Positions 1 through 9,931 are shown, counted from the stretch's first letter. The stretch is DNA of 64,000 bases from Candidatus Woesearchaeota archaeon (GCA_043803105.1 JAZDKJ010000006.1:384001-448000), one strand, 5' to 3'. Program-made: numbers and translations. The notes: generated by a model from the sequence alone, not told the origin.

Positions 1-613
1 CAACCAGCACCCATATCCATAATTTCTTGGCAATTGATACGGATTCATTGAACCCGAATTGCACTCTTTTTTTGATAGAATCATAATTAATTTCTTTGAT
101 ATGTTTAGAGTTTGTAGATATAAGATCTTTAACAAGATGTTTGTCCAATTTCATGCCGCCAAGTATTAATCCGGATACAACTCCTATCAGAATGCCGCTT
201 AATACATATGCCATAGTGATTTTCCATCCAAAGAACCCGAGCATTAGGACTACCAAATATTCGTTTATCAGTGGGGAAGTTATTAAGAAGGAAAAAGTCA
301 CTCCTAAAGGGATTCCTGCCTCAAGAAAACTTATGAAAATGGGAATTGAAGAGCATGAACAGAAAGGTGTTATAGCCCCAAACAATGAAGCCAGTACGTT
401 TCCGATGCCTTTTTTCTTTCCGCTTAGCCATTGCTTGACTTTATTTTGGGGAATGTATGTTCTGATGAAGCCTATTGCAAGGATCATGAAGAACAGAAGG
501 AAGAGTATTTTGATAGAATCATAAACAAAATAATTAATGGATTGGATCAGCCTTGAAGAAGAATCAAGTCCTAAAAGGTTGTACAGGATCCAATCAACAA
601 TCACTTGCAGCAT
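1..613 (-). CDS. ArsP-like permease (DUF318 family), runs off the window start
   Basis: Manual minus-strand translation MLQVIVDWILYNLLGL...LASLFGAITPFCSCSSIPIF has the TPFCSC signature; downstream of an ArsR gene; not in the ORF track. Confidence 0.85.
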   Translation of the reverse strand, partial: MLQVIVDWILYNLLGLDSSSRLIQSINYFVYDSIKILFLLFFMILAIGFIRTYIPQNKVKQWLSGKKKGIGNVLASLFGAITPFCSCSSIPIFISFLEAGIPLGVTFSFLITSPLINEYLVVLMLGFFGWKITMAYVLSGILIGVVSGLILGGMKLDKHLVKDLISTNSKHIKEINYDSIKKRVQFGFNESVSIAKKLWIWVLV

Positions 614-714
614 GAGTCATCGCAGCAGCATTTTTTCTCTTTGGATTTCTTTTTGAGTTTCTTGTCCATTTTATCAATAATTTTTCCAATAAAATTCTTC
701 TTCTTTTCGGTCAT
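601..714 (-). CDS. 37-aa Lys/Cys-rich peptide, putative metal binder
   Basis: Manual translation MTEKKKNFIGKIIDKMDKKLKKKSKEKKCCCDDSCCK*; GGTGA upstream; fills the gap between arsR and the permease. Confidence 0.65.
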   Translation of the reverse strand: MTEKKKNFIGKIIDKMDKKLKKKSKEKKCCCDDSCCK

Positions 715-723
715 GTTTATCAC

Positions 724-1011
724 CTAGCATACAGTTTTCGTGGTTTTATTCTTGCCAATTCCCAGCAATTTGCAGATAGAGTATACCCTCTTGTCCTTAA
801 TTGAGTAGAAAATATTCCTGCCTTTTCTTCTGGATTTCAGGATATTTTCTTTTTCCAGGTCATTCAAGTGTGTTGAGACTGTTGATTGCGCTCTCCCTGT
901 AACCGAAATAAACTCGCATGAGCACACTTCGCCCTTAAGGAGATGCCTTATTATCTTGAGTTTTGTCTCATCACCCAAGATTCTCAAGAATACAGCACTT
1001 TCCTTTAGCAT
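724..1011 (-). CDS. arsR: ArsR/SmtB family transcriptional regulator
   Basis: LGDETKLKII...CSCEF...AQSTVSTHLNDLE...SRRKGRNIFYSI; start trimmed to MLKESA. Confidence 0.9.
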   Translation of the reverse strand: MLKESAVFLRILGDETKLKIIRHLLKGEVCSCEFISVTGRAQSTVSTHLNDLEKENILKSRRKGRNIFYSIKDKRVYSICKLLGIGKNKTTKTVC

Positions 1012-1160
1012 AAATATCGATAAATGTAGATATATAAATAATTTTCGGATGGACAGCACTTATGTTCCCTCTCAGGTTCCTTTTATAAACTGAAGTCGCC
1101 CCGAATGTAAGAACGGACAGAACAATAATCTTTATATATCACTTTAGAGTTACTATTGGA

Positions 1161-1412
1161 ATGCAGCACCAAGTTAACGTGTTTTATGATCCGAAAACAA
1201 TGGATATAGGTTTGTTGCAGAAGTTTTACTCAGCGTACGGTCTCGCTTCCCCGTCAGAAGACGCGTTAAGATTTCCTCTGTTTCGCCGCAACGGCGATGG
1301 ATTGGAAACAGCCCTGGCAAAATATGAGTTCTTGACAAAGGCTCAAGCTATGGAATTGATAAGTGCTGTTAGTGATTTCAAGAATATCCAAACAGAGATG
1401 TCTGACCTTTAG
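1161..1412 (+). CDS. hypothetical protein
   Basis: 83-aa ORF with a TTTATATA box about 30 nt upstream. Confidence 0.55.
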   Translation: MQHQVNVFYDPKTMDIGLLQKFYSAYGLASPSEDALRFPLFRRNGDGLETALAKYEFLTKAQAMELISAVSDFKNIQTEMSDL

Positions 1413-1493
1413 TGCTTCACCTAATTTTATATTGTAATTCTTCACCAATTTCTCATATAACTGTCTCTTGTATGAGCTTTATAGAATTCCAAC

Positions 1494-2039
1494 TTATTTC
1501 TTCCTTACCTTTTCCGGATTCAACTTCTTGTATCCCATCCATATAAGTATTGCCAGAGTCAAGCCTAAAATTATGACCCTGAGATAGTTTGAGGCATTGC
1601 TCCAGTACCTTATGATGCCATATATTATTGATATTACTCCTCCACCCATCAGCCCTGAGGAAACGCTCTCAAGCTTGAGGATAAATCCTCCTAAGGCCAC
1701 TGCTATTAACCCTAATATTGTTGCTGCAATGAATACATTTTTTGTATAGCCTTTGTCTGCATCCTCGTATTGTTTTTGACATTTTGAATACATGTCGCAA
1801 AAACCCTGTGGGCACTCAATTACTCCAGGTTCGCACTTCTGCTTACTTGGATATGGGTTCCAAACCCCTCCTGTTGCATTGCAGGCTGCCTCAGTCATTG
1901 TTGGTGGTGTTGCAACATTCTTGCAATAGTCATTATATTCTGGTCCTGGTTTGACAGCATGAATTGAGAATCCTACGAAAAGCGCAAGCACGATCGCTAT
2001 CGCGACCCCAAGGATTGTTTGCTTGACTTTGGATACCAT
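1494..2039 (-). CDS. hypothetical membrane protein with Cys-rich extracellular loop
   Basis: About 4 hydrophobic segments; C...CxxxGGxW...C...C...C loop. Confidence 0.75.
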   Translation of the reverse strand: MVSKVKQTILGVAIAIVLALFVGFSIHAVKPGPEYNDYCKNVATPPTMTEAACNATGGVWNPYPSKQKCEPGVIECPQGFCDMYSKCQKQYEDADKGYTKNVFIAATILGLIAVALGGFILKLESVSSGLMGGGVISIIYGIIRYWSNASNYLRVIILGLTLAILIWMGYKKLNPEKVRKK

Positions 2040-2128
2040 ACATCTGCCTAAGGTTGCCTATTATTTAAATTTATTGATTTGAGGCAGTTATGTAGGTAAT
2101 CAAAGAATCTTGTTTCCATGAATTGCCC

Positions 2129-2875
2129 CTACCTTTTAGTCCTGTAAAAACATGCGTGGTCAAAATCCCCTGGCACGATCTTTGCTGTATGGTCAGTAGC
2201 CACTTGAAGAAAAAACATCTTCCTGAATGCGTCTGAATGACTGCCTTTTTCATTGTGTCTGCCGATTCTGACAGACCATTCCTGTTTGTTATCTTCATAT
2301 TTGTGGTACAGCTGGTCAAGTTTTTCCATATAATGCAAGAATACTTGCTTAATCTCTTGACCGTTTTTGAAAGCCTTGAAGTCTTCTCTTGGGCGTATAT
2401 CCCTTACCAGGTAGCGTCCTCCTTCAGTAAGGTTGGGCATGATCATAAAGGTTCCGTGAGTGCTCGGGTACCATTGGGCTTTACCCTCTTTGTTCTTTAA
2501 GCACCCAGAAATTGCGGGTATATCAAACCCAAATTCTTGATATAGGAAGGTCATCATATCGTGCTGCTTTGGCGTATAGTTCGGCGACAAGTGCATCACA
2601 TAATATTTCTTGAACTTGAAATGGTTGGCCGCTTTCGCCACCCAGCGATCATCAAGCTTGATAACCAACTGTCCCTCACCGCGATTTAAGTATCGCCTTG
2701 AGTCAGTGCGGAGGTAGAACTCATCGCTTAGAAAGTCTTCAATGAGGTCAGTTGTGTCGCACCCGCATGCCGCGCACCATTCTGCATGAAACTTTCTTCT
2801 GGCAGCAACTATTTCTTCAGTCCTGTTCTGCGCTATTATCTCTTCGAGTTTTCCTATTTGTTCTGTAAAGGGCAT
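2129..2875 (-). CDS. hypothetical protein, possibly kinase-like fold
   Basis: 248-aa ORF; WVAK, MIMPNL and GDFDH are loosely spaced like kinase motifs. Confidence 0.55.
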   Translation of the reverse strand: MPFTEQIGKLEEIIAQNRTEEIVAARRKFHAEWCAACGCDTTDLIEDFLSDEFYLRTDSRRYLNRGEGQLVIKLDDRWVAKAANHFKFKKYYVMHLSPNYTPKQHDMMTFLYQEFGFDIPAISGCLKNKEGKAQWYPSTHGTFMIMPNLTEGGRYLVRDIRPREDFKAFKNGQEIKQVFLHYMEKLDQLYHKYEDNKQEWSVRIGRHNEKGSHSDAFRKMFFLQVATDHTAKIVPGDFDHACFYRTKR

Positions 2876-2957
2876 TAGTAGGTGCAGTTGCTTCTGGATT
2901 CTTAAGATTAATGGCTGCTAGCGCCTCACTCCTGATCCATCTGAAAGGATTAAATAC

Positions 2958-3353
2958 TTGGAAAACAATCTGTGCCCTGTGAAACCATTCATTATCATCT
3001 TACTGATTATATTCTTGCCCATTCTGGCCTGCTCTCAACAGCAAGGCATCATTCAAGGTAAGGTTAGCATCGGCCCTTTGTGCCCTGTTGAGAGAAATCC
3101 TCCTGACCCAAATTGTCAGCCTACTCTTGAGACCTTTCGCAATTGGCCTATTGGGGTTTATTCAGAAAACACAAAGGTAGGTGATATCATGCCTGATTCA
3201 AGCGGTACATACACTCTTGATTTGAACCCTGGTGTCTACACAGTCAAGCTTGAGCTAAACCAGGGCATAGGTCGCAACCTGCCGATGGAAATTGTTGTGA
3301 AATCTGGCGAGACAACATCCCTTGATGTGAATATCGATACTGGCATCAGATGA
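2958..3353 (+). CDS. putative lipoprotein with carboxypeptidase-regulatory-like beta domain
   Basis: Lipobox-like ILAC; GPLCPVE...C; GTYTLDLNPGVYTV; DTGIR terminus. Confidence 0.7.
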   Translation: MENNLCPVKPFIIILLIIFLPILACSQQQGIIQGKVSIGPLCPVERNPPDPNCQPTLETFRNWPIGVYSENTKVGDIMPDSSGTYTLDLNPGVYTVKLELNQGIGRNLPMEIVVKSGETTSLDVNIDTGIR

Positions 3354-3414
3354 ATTTACACTATTTCTTTTCCATATGGAAAACTATTTAAATGCCCGAC
3401 CCTGACCAAACCAC

Positions 3415-3732
3415 ATGCCCCGAGGTCGTCCTGTTTATAGTGAAGTCCGCCAGAACATGGTTGAGATTCTTGCAGCCCTAAAAAAAGGGTGCGGTTATGA
3501 CATCTATAGAGTGTACCGCAATATCTATCCCAAGATTACTCTGCGCCTTGTTTACTACCATTTGAAGAAGGGCGTTGTTCTGGGTGAGTTCAAGGTCCAC
3601 ACTGTTGTATCTGAAAAGGGTGATTACAGCTGGGGTCCAGAAGCTCAGAAGATTTATTATTCGCTTGGGGAAAAAGCCACTCCTAAAGGAGATCCCAGAG
3701 TGACCAAATATATAGACAGAAAAACAAAGTAA
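3415..3732 (+). CDS. hypothetical protein, winged-helix-like
   Basis: GYDIYRVY...TLRLVYYHLKKG...KIYYSLG resembles a PadR-like wHTH. Confidence 0.65.
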   Translation: MPRGRPVYSEVRQNMVEILAALKKGCGYDIYRVYRNIYPKITLRLVYYHLKKGVVLGEFKVHTVVSEKGDYSWGPEAQKIYYSLGEKATPKGDPRVTKYIDRKTK

Positions 3733-3999
3733 CTATCTTTTCTTTGCGCTTAAAGAGGTTAGCTTATGCACAACCTGTTTCAGGCTCTCTATGTCCTTTC
3801 TCACTTCAACCAAGTCAAAGAACTTGATGTATTTCAGGTAAGGAAGGAGCATTAAGACAAAGATTAAGCTGACCATGAAGAATGCGAACTTGTCTGTCTT
3901 CAGTGGCATAACATCAAATACGTGAAGGATCATCAGAACATAAAGCGTGAAAACGAGCAAGATAAACGGCAGCGGGTTCTTGGCTATCTTGTCTTCCAT
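3733..3999 (-). CDS. small membrane protein
   Basis: Two hydrophobic segments and a coiled C-terminus. Confidence 0.6.
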   Translation of the reverse strand: MEDKIAKNPLPFILLVFTLYVLMILHVFDVMPLKTDKFAFFMVSLIFVLMLLPYLKYIKFFDLVEVRKDIESLKQVVHKLTSLSAKKR

Positions 4000-4034
4000 G
4001 GTATTGCCCCCTCTTTGGAACTTTATAATTGTTT

Positions 4035-4271
4035 CTATTTGTGCATCCCTTCAATCATTTTCTTCTCAAGAAATCTTGACATGTTGATGTTCTTCTCTGT
4101 GCAATACGCCTTGAACCTTCTAAGTACATTCTCGTCAATCGTTATATTGAGCCTCTTCCTCCTGTAAAGTTTTGGAAGTTTTTTGGTTCTCTCATACTCC
4201 AGGAGACTCTCAAATACTTCGGGATATTTGCGTATTATTTCCAGTCCTTTTGCTACTTCCCGTTTTCCCAT
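4035..4271 (-). CDS. ribbon-helix-helix (CopG-like) protein
   Basis: RKRLNITIDENVLRRFKAYC...INMSRFLEKKM pattern. Confidence 0.7.
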   Translation of the reverse strand: MGKREVAKGLEIIRKYPEVFESLLEYERTKKLPKLYRRKRLNITIDENVLRRFKAYCTEKNINMSRFLEKKMIEGMHK

Positions 4272-4327
4272 TTGACTGTTGGCTTCATACGTACATATAC
4301 GTATAAATATTTAAGCCTTATGATTTA

Positions 4328-5011
4328 TTATTTAATCCGCTTAAAGAACCCAAAGAGCGCAAAAGCCTCTCTTTTGGTTAGGAAGCTCTTATTAAGAATT
4401 CGTTTCCATACCTTTCTCTGTGTTTCCTTTTTTTCTTTTGTAGGGAATTTCATCTTGCCGAGCACCTTGTCCACAAGCTTTAGCAGCAAGTCCTTTTCTT
4501 TCTTTGTTGCCAGCACAAATTTTTCTTCAGTCTGCTTTTCTGATTCCGCCCTTCTTAGTTCATAAAGCAATATTGCCACTGCGTGGCTTATGTTTAGTGT
4601 CGGATGCTTAGAGGCAGTTGGTATGTGCACAATGAAATCACAGTCCTGCACTTCTTTGTTTGTCAGCCCTATTCCTTCTCTCCCGAACAGTAGCGCAATC
4701 CTTGTCTTGCGCGGAATTACGCTTGCGAGTTGTCTCGGTGTTATCGGGCTCCTTGGAAGGTTGTAGTCAGTACCCAATCGTGCAGTTGTTCCAATGATAT
4801 AGTCATATTCCTTCAGAAGTCTCTTTTTCCCAATAATTGCGTTAGCCAATATCCTGTTTCCGAACTTTGAGCGCGCAATCGCCTCAGAACTTTTGATGTC
4901 GCACTTTGGGTCAATCAGAACAAGTCTTCCATATCTAAAATTGTGTAAAACCCTTGCTATCGCTCCAACATTGCCTGCGTTCTCCGGCTGCATAAGCACA
5001 ATGTCTATCAT
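4328..5011 (-). CDS. trmJ: TrmJ/SPOUT family tRNA methyltransferase
   Basis: IVLMQPENAGNVGAIAR, LLFGREGIGLTNKEV, TLNISHAV; start trimmed to MIDIVL. Confidence 0.9.
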   Translation of the reverse strand: MIDIVLMQPENAGNVGAIARVLHNFRYGRLVLIDPKCDIKSSEAIARSKFGNRILANAIIGKKRLLKEYDYIIGTTARLGTDYNLPRSPITPRQLASVIPRKTRIALLFGREGIGLTNKEVQDCDFIVHIPTASKHPTLNISHAVAILLYELRRAESEKQTEEKFVLATKKEKDLLLKLVDKVLGKMKFPTKEKKETQRKVWKRILNKSFLTKREAFALFGFFKRIK

Positions 5012-5049
5012 GCTAACAATGGATTGTATGGCGAATTTAAAGCTTTTTG

Positions 5050-6234
5050 TTATCTTGTGAATCCAAAGAAGACATTGACTAAGATAAGCGTAATGAAAAA
5101 TGCGCTGATAAGCATCCAATAGAATCTTGCCTTTTTCTGGTCGAAGTATTTCTCAAGGGTTGTGAGCATCATTCTGCCTCCATCCACCGGTCCTAAAGGC
5201 AGCAGGTTGAACAGCCCTATTCCAACACTTAGAAGGTAAAGCCAATAAAGTAATCCTAGCAACCAGACTATTGCCTCAGGTAGGAACCCCCCTATAGAGT
5301 TCTGCACTCCTGGCTTCAGTATGCTGTTCTGTCGGACGAATATCCCGAGGTATGGGGCGCTAAGGTTTGATGGGTTTGCTGCCAAGATCATATCATATCC
5401 TGTTTTATTGGTTGTGATATGCAGGTTCTCACCAGGTGTTTTCATCTTGAGTGCCTGCACAAAGCTTTCAATATCTGTGATGGAGTTATTATCAAGTCCT
5501 GTAACTATCTCCCCTGGCTTTATCCCTGATGTCTCTGCAGGGAATTTGGCTGTTGAGTTGATGAAGCCAGTTACCTGAACCCCGTTGTATTGGTATAATG
5601 CCCCAGTTATCGGACCGGCAAACGCGAAAAGCAGCAACAGCGCAATTGCCCCTAGTATAATGTTCGAAAATGGGCCTGCTGCAAAGACCGATAGTTGCTG
5701 CTTGACTTTTCTTTTTGACACCTCTTTTTCATCTGGCTCAACAAAGGCCGCTGGTAGTATAGGAATAATAATTCCGAGAAATGCGATTCCGCTGGATTTT
5801 ATCTTCATCTTGTATGCCCTGGCGATTAGCCCATGTGAGAATTCGTGCACTGCTGCGATGATCATGATTGAGATAATCCAGTAAAAGAACGGCACATAAA
5901 ATGTTCCCGGTACCTTTACAGGAAGCACGAGCTGTACCCCAGGCAATGCGGTTGGGTTGGTCAGAAGTTTTACCAGGTTTTGCACCAGCGCAAACGCTAT
6001 AAGTGCCATCCCAAGAAAACCGATAAAAATGCCTGCTGTTGCAAGCCATTTCAGCAGTTTTGGCAACCTGGATGCCCAGCTGTCCATTGCTTTTAAGCCT
6101 ACTTTGGAACGGTACATCAGCACGTACAGCACTGGGAAGAAGATTTTCTGCAACCTTAGCCTGTCTCTCCTTGCGTACAAGAAAACTCCCAAAAGAACAA
6201 CAAAGAGAATGGCACTTGTTGTCTGGAAATCCAT
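5050..6234 (-). CDS. site-2 protease (M50) with PDZ domain
   Basis: HEFSH, AFVEPDE, AAGPFSN, FNLLPLGPVDGG; PDZ-like PAETSGIKPGEIV. Confidence 0.92.
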   Translation of the reverse strand: MDFQTTSAILFVVLLGVFLYARRDRLRLQKIFFPVLYVLMYRSKVGLKAMDSWASRLPKLLKWLATAGIFIGFLGMALIAFALVQNLVKLLTNPTALPGVQLVLPVKVPGTFYVPFFYWIISIMIIAAVHEFSHGLIARAYKMKIKSSGIAFLGIIIPILPAAFVEPDEKEVSKRKVKQQLSVFAAGPFSNIILGAIALLLLFAFAGPITGALYQYNGVQVTGFINSTAKFPAETSGIKPGEIVTGLDNNSITDIESFVQALKMKTPGENLHITTNKTGYDMILAANPSNLSAPYLGIFVRQNSILKPGVQNSIGGFLPEAIVWLLGLLYWLYLLSVGIGLFNLLPLGPVDGGRMMLTTLEKYFDQKKARFYWMLISAFFITLILVNVFFGFTR

Positions 6235-6236
6235 TT

Positions 6237-6398
6237 TTACTTCTTTCTAACAGGCCTAAGTGCTTTGCTCCCGCACTTTCTGCAGCTGATCCTTTTTTGG
6301 ATCACTGCCATTGAAGGTGCTTTCACAACAGTCTTGCACTTTCTGCAGACAAAATGATTTTTGAACATTCGCGCTTCTGCTTCTGGGAATTTAACCAT
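6237..6398 (-). CDS. rpl40e: 50S ribosomal protein L40e
   Basis: Manual translation MVKFPEAEARMFKNHFVCRKCKT...ISCRKCGSKALRPVRKK*; below the ORF-track cutoff. Confidence 0.92.
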   Translation of the reverse strand: MVKFPEAEARMFKNHFVCRKCKTVVKAPSMAVIQKRISCRKCGSKALRPVRKK

Positions 6399-6407
6399 TT
6401 CTCACAC

Positions 6408-6806
6408 CTAATCAGGTTTAATCTGTTTCATTATCTTGTCATTCAGCACTACCCAATACAAGATAATTTTTCCTTCCTTTAATTCTGCTTTCAATTCATC
6501 TGGAATCTTTAGGTCAAAGGTCTCGTATGTCTGGCTGTCCATCACGTTTGCCATTTCTCCGGTTATTGATAGCACTTGTGCGTCTCTTTTCTCGATTATG
6601 GGGACTTCCACAGTGTCGTGTCCTGGCATGACCACTTCCCTTTTCTTGTCATCGATCATGCCTATGCCCACAATCCTGACCTTTGCGTGTCCGTGCTTTC
6701 CAGGTCTTGATATTTGTAGGTCACTTACAACGCAAGCTGCTCCGTCCATTACTAGGTAGCTTCCTTTCTTGAGGGTACCTGCACTTGCGTTTTTTGTCTC
6801 TCCCAT
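6408..6806 (-). CDS. eif5a: translation initiation factor aIF5A
   Basis: SRPGKHGHAKVR hypusine motif. Confidence 0.96.
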   Translation of the reverse strand: MGETKNASAGTLKKGSYLVMDGAACVVSDLQISRPGKHGHAKVRIVGIGMIDDKKREVVMPGHDTVEVPIIEKRDAQVLSITGEMANVMDSQTYETFDLKIPDELKAELKEGKIILYWVVLNDKIMKQIKPD

Positions 6807-6911
6807 CAAATCACCGTGATTATCAGAGACTATAGGCTATTTATAAAGGTTATGGTGGCATGCTGCCTTAGACAATTAGTTTTTTAAGGCGCATTGTATT
6901 TGCAGCTGGGT

Positions 6912-7880
6912 ATGGATGCGTCAAACGAATACTATGCTTTTGTTATCACTTCATGCCGTGGCAATCGCCTCAAGGAGTTTTGCCTGACACCTGCGAAGCG
7001 CCTTGTCACCTCACGCGTTTGTGTCAAAGCAAGCTTGGTTGACTACCAACATAAGCTTGCAGCTCGAGCTGTCTATAATTATAGGGTCGGAGATTCTGTT
7101 CTTGTACCGAGTGCAAGCATAGACAGTTTGACTGACGTTGTCAGCGAGTCCTGGGATGAATTCGTTGTGAATCTTGGGCCATGTTTGAAAAAGGGTGACC
7201 ATGTCCAGGCGCCAGGGCATAAAACTTCTCGTGGTTACCATCAGAGCAATTCAGACATAAAGTCAGTTTTTCACACCTCGGTTTCGTTTGGTGGCCTTGA
7301 TTTGTACTGCAGTCTTTTGCTCAAGAATACAAAGATTACAGAGGTCATCGAGACTAGGCAGCCCTTCGATTGCCGAGTTAAGAAAGTGGCTAAGTCAAAG
7401 AACATCGAGCACGGCACAGTTGTTGTTGCAGAGCCTGTTGACGAGAACCTCAAATACAAGGGCAATGAAGTTTTTGTCGCGAATATGGGAGGTTTTTTCG
7501 TGCGTGATGGCAAGGCTTATAATGGCTTGGCGGAATCGCTGACTCCTACCTTTTTGCATATGAAATACCCTGCCCTTGAAAGAGTCAACACTTATGTTCT
7601 TGTTGATAAAGAAGATGACTCCGCATTCCATGCGGCAAAAGGGGTCTATATTCTTGAGAATTGTGGGGTCACAGTGCTCAAGGAAAATTTAAACGATGAG
7701 GAACTGAGATATTTTTTGCATTTTTTGCAGGAGATGTTTACCTTGCACAAAGGAAGGGATCATCCGTTTGTTGTGGTGCGTAACTGTCCAGCATACAAGG
7801 AGCCTGAACATCTCTTGGAGCATTTTGGTTTTGATGCAGTGCGGCTGAGCCCGACCAAGTATTCTGATGTGTTCTATTAG
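6912..7880 (+). CDS. hypothetical protein
   Basis: Long ORF; first ATG at 6912; no confident motif. Confidence 0.6.
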   Translation: MDASNEYYAFVITSCRGNRLKEFCLTPAKRLVTSRVCVKASLVDYQHKLAARAVYNYRVGDSVLVPSASIDSLTDVVSESWDEFVVNLGPCLKKGDHVQAPGHKTSRGYHQSNSDIKSVFHTSVSFGGLDLYCSLLLKNTKITEVIETRQPFDCRVKKVAKSKNIEHGTVVVAEPVDENLKYKGNEVFVANMGGFFVRDGKAYNGLAESLTPTFLHMKYPALERVNTYVLVDKEDDSAFHAAKGVYILENCGVTVLKENLNDEELRYFLHFLQEMFTLHKGRDHPFVVVRNCPAYKEPEHLLEHFGFDAVRLSPTKYSDVFY

Positions 7881-7902
7881 CCAGTCAATTTGATGACTGG
7901 CT
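7879..7902. terminator. hairpin between convergent genes
   Basis: AGCCAGTCA-atttga-TGACTGGCT perfect 9-bp inverted repeat; terminator role is a guess. Confidence 0.3.
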
Positions 7903-7938
7903 GCAGTGTATCGAATCCTGGGTTAAATTGTTGAATAA

Positions 7939-8592
7939 TCAACCGAAGAAATCTATAATGCTCTTGCGTGTTATCCTTCTTATCTTCCTTTCTATCTCCT
8001 CAGCATTTTCAAATTCCTTTTCCTTTTCCTTGAAAACCCTTGAGTGATAGAGGTTGCTCTTGGTGTTTGCCTTGTATTGCAGCTTCTTATGCAATAGTTC
8101 GTGATACATTACATAATCAATTGCATCATCCCCGACCTTTCTCAGTATAGGACTTATGCTTATAGTGTTTGTGTGAAAGTTATAGCTACCCAATGTTCTC
8201 CTTGAGCCTTTTCCGAACAAGAGATTTGGTGCCTCCATCAATCCATAGAAATACTTTTTGTTAACCCGAAAGAAAGAATCAACCAATATTGGGTCCATCC
8301 GTGTTGCCGGAACCACTGTTCCAAGGTTTTTGATAAAGTGGTGATACAAGTCGATGTTAGTGCTTTTTGCAGGCTTTTTGAAAACCTTCACGAGCAGGCT
8401 CTGTACCAACCCTATCTGGATGTCTTCGCTCACAGTCTTCCATTTCGAGCTCAATTGCATACTCAAGCTGCTTCTAGAAAATCTTACCCTTGCATTGTAC
8501 GCCTTAAGCCGTCCGTATTCAAGCTTTGTTTCATAACCGGCAAGCTCTTTGTGATAGAGTCCTGAAAATGCTGCTTTGATTAGGTCGCTCAT
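7939..8592 (-). CDS. SprT/YgjP-like zinc metalloprotease
   Basis: RTLGSYN, IDYVMYHELLH, HSRVF. Confidence 0.8.
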   Translation of the reverse strand: MSDLIKAAFSGLYHKELAGYETKLEYGRLKAYNARVRFSRSSLSMQLSSKWKTVSEDIQIGLVQSLLVKVFKKPAKSTNIDLYHHFIKNLGTVVPATRMDPILVDSFFRVNKKYFYGLMEAPNLLFGKGSRRTLGSYNFHTNTISISPILRKVGDDAIDYVMYHELLHKKLQYKANTKSNLYHSRVFKEKEKEFENAEEIERKIRRITRKSIIDFFG

Positions 8593-9689
8593 CCCTGCAA
8601 TTCATACCTTAGGATTGCTGCCACTTTGCCAAGGTCTCGCAATTGTACCCCTTCTCTTGTCTCTGTGGAGATTATCTTTACTTCGCTTCCCATCTCCTGC
8701 GCCTTTTTGTCTAGTTCTGTCACAGTGTTCTCGTCAAGCGCGTCTGACACAAGTAGTGTGTTTACCATCCCTATCTCCAGGGCATGGCGTACTTCCTTTA
8801 GCCCATAGGCGACCATTCCTTGCTTTGTTGCTAGTAATTCAAAGAACCTTGCCATTATCTTTTTCTCGTCAGCTATTTCCTCATTTGCTAGCACATCCTG
8901 GCTTTTGTCAAGAAGTTCCTGAAGCCCGAAATCCCCAGTATAGGATAAGTCCTTTATAGCGATTATCTTTTTCTTCACCTCGTTTGTGATAAAATCTCCG
9001 TCAACAAACTCATATTTTGTTGGCCCAGGCCCTCCCACAAGTATTCCCTTTATTTCGCTCTTCCCAAGGAATGCGTCTTTTGCCATCTCCCCAATCTTTT
9101 GGTAGAATTCCTTCGCTGAATCCTCCCTTATCCTCATGAATCTTGCTGCTGATTGCCCTCCTGCCCTTGTCTTTCCAGGAACGTTTGATTTGGCAGAAGC
9201 GATTGGTATTATGCTTTTTCCTTTGAGCATTGCCACATCTCCATCGCGCCTATCCAAGACTATCATACCGAAAGCGTCCTTGATATCAGTCATGTCCCTC
9301 AGCAAGTCAAGCACGAATTCCTTGTCGCACCTGTAAATCCTTGTTTTAAGCGGCTCTGGGGGCTCAATGCTCCACACCCTGAAATCTTGCCCTCCCTCCC
9401 GTTCTGATACGTTTCCGGAAAAAACCGCCAATCCATCGGGAGGTGTTCTCTTGAAAAGCTTAAGGTGCTGTATCATTTTTTCCAGCGCATCCTGCACATT
9501 CTTGCGTGTTGCTGAAGACTTTATGTTTGACGCAGTGCCCTGCTCCTGAGAAAGATGGTTTATTATCTTGTTCAAGTCATAGTCTGCTGGCACGTAAACG
9601 CTCACAAGCTCAGTGTGCCTACCCTTGTATTTTTCCAGTTCCTTCACAAACTTCTGAAGGTCATATCTTTGTTTTGCAGTTAATGTCAT
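8589..9689 (-). CDS. prf1: peptide chain release factor aRF1
   Basis: GTASNIKS, YRCD, GGQSAARF, AAILRY. Confidence 0.97.
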   Translation of the reverse strand: MTLTAKQRYDLQKFVKELEKYKGRHTELVSVYVPADYDLNKIINHLSQEQGTASNIKSSATRKNVQDALEKMIQHLKLFKRTPPDGLAVFSGNVSEREGGQDFRVWSIEPPEPLKTRIYRCDKEFVLDLLRDMTDIKDAFGMIVLDRRDGDVAMLKGKSIIPIASAKSNVPGKTRAGGQSAARFMRIREDSAKEFYQKIGEMAKDAFLGKSEIKGILVGGPGPTKYEFVDGDFITNEVKKKIIAIKDLSYTGDFGLQELLDKSQDVLANEEIADEKKIMARFFELLATKQGMVAYGLKEVRHALEIGMVNTLLVSDALDENTVTELDKKAQEMGSEVKIISTETREGVQLRDLGKVAAILRYELQG

Positions 9690-9858
9690 GATTCAAACTA
9701 ACTTATCAGGGTATTTAAAAATTGTGTTGTGTTCATGCCTGCAAAAAGCTGCCTTGCCAGTCAGATTGACAGGCTCAGGCAAAAAGCATTAACTTTATAA
9801 ATCACTGGTCGGCTCTGTACAATAATCAAGGAGCAGTACACTTGACCTTACAATCATT

Positions 9859-9931
9859 GGGGCTGCGGGGGAGCTGCGAAGTCAGCTCGCACCTTCGTGG
9901 GACATAAAGTCCCCCTGACATCACAATCAAT
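9859..9931 (+). repeat. copy of tRNA-Pro nt 1-12 plus hairpin cassette in the tRNA leader
   Basis: caatcattggggctgcgggg (9851-9870) repeats caatcaatggggctgtgggg (9924-9943); hairpin GAGCTG-cgaagt-CAGCTC then GCACCTT. Confidence 0.75.

Noticed and set aside
96-524. 142-aa plus-strand ORF, and the many similar short antisense ORFs in the track
   Set aside because: They are shadows of well-supported genes on the opposite strand (here the ArsP-like permease) and have no motifs of their own.
6286-6304. Possible frameshift at the T-run in rpl40e
   Set aside because: Recounting gives six T, which keeps the frame intact through both CxxC pairs.
6912-7880. GNAT acetyltransferase call from the C-terminal LLEHFGF
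   Set aside because: No acetyl-CoA-binding motif A was recognisable; left as hypothetical.
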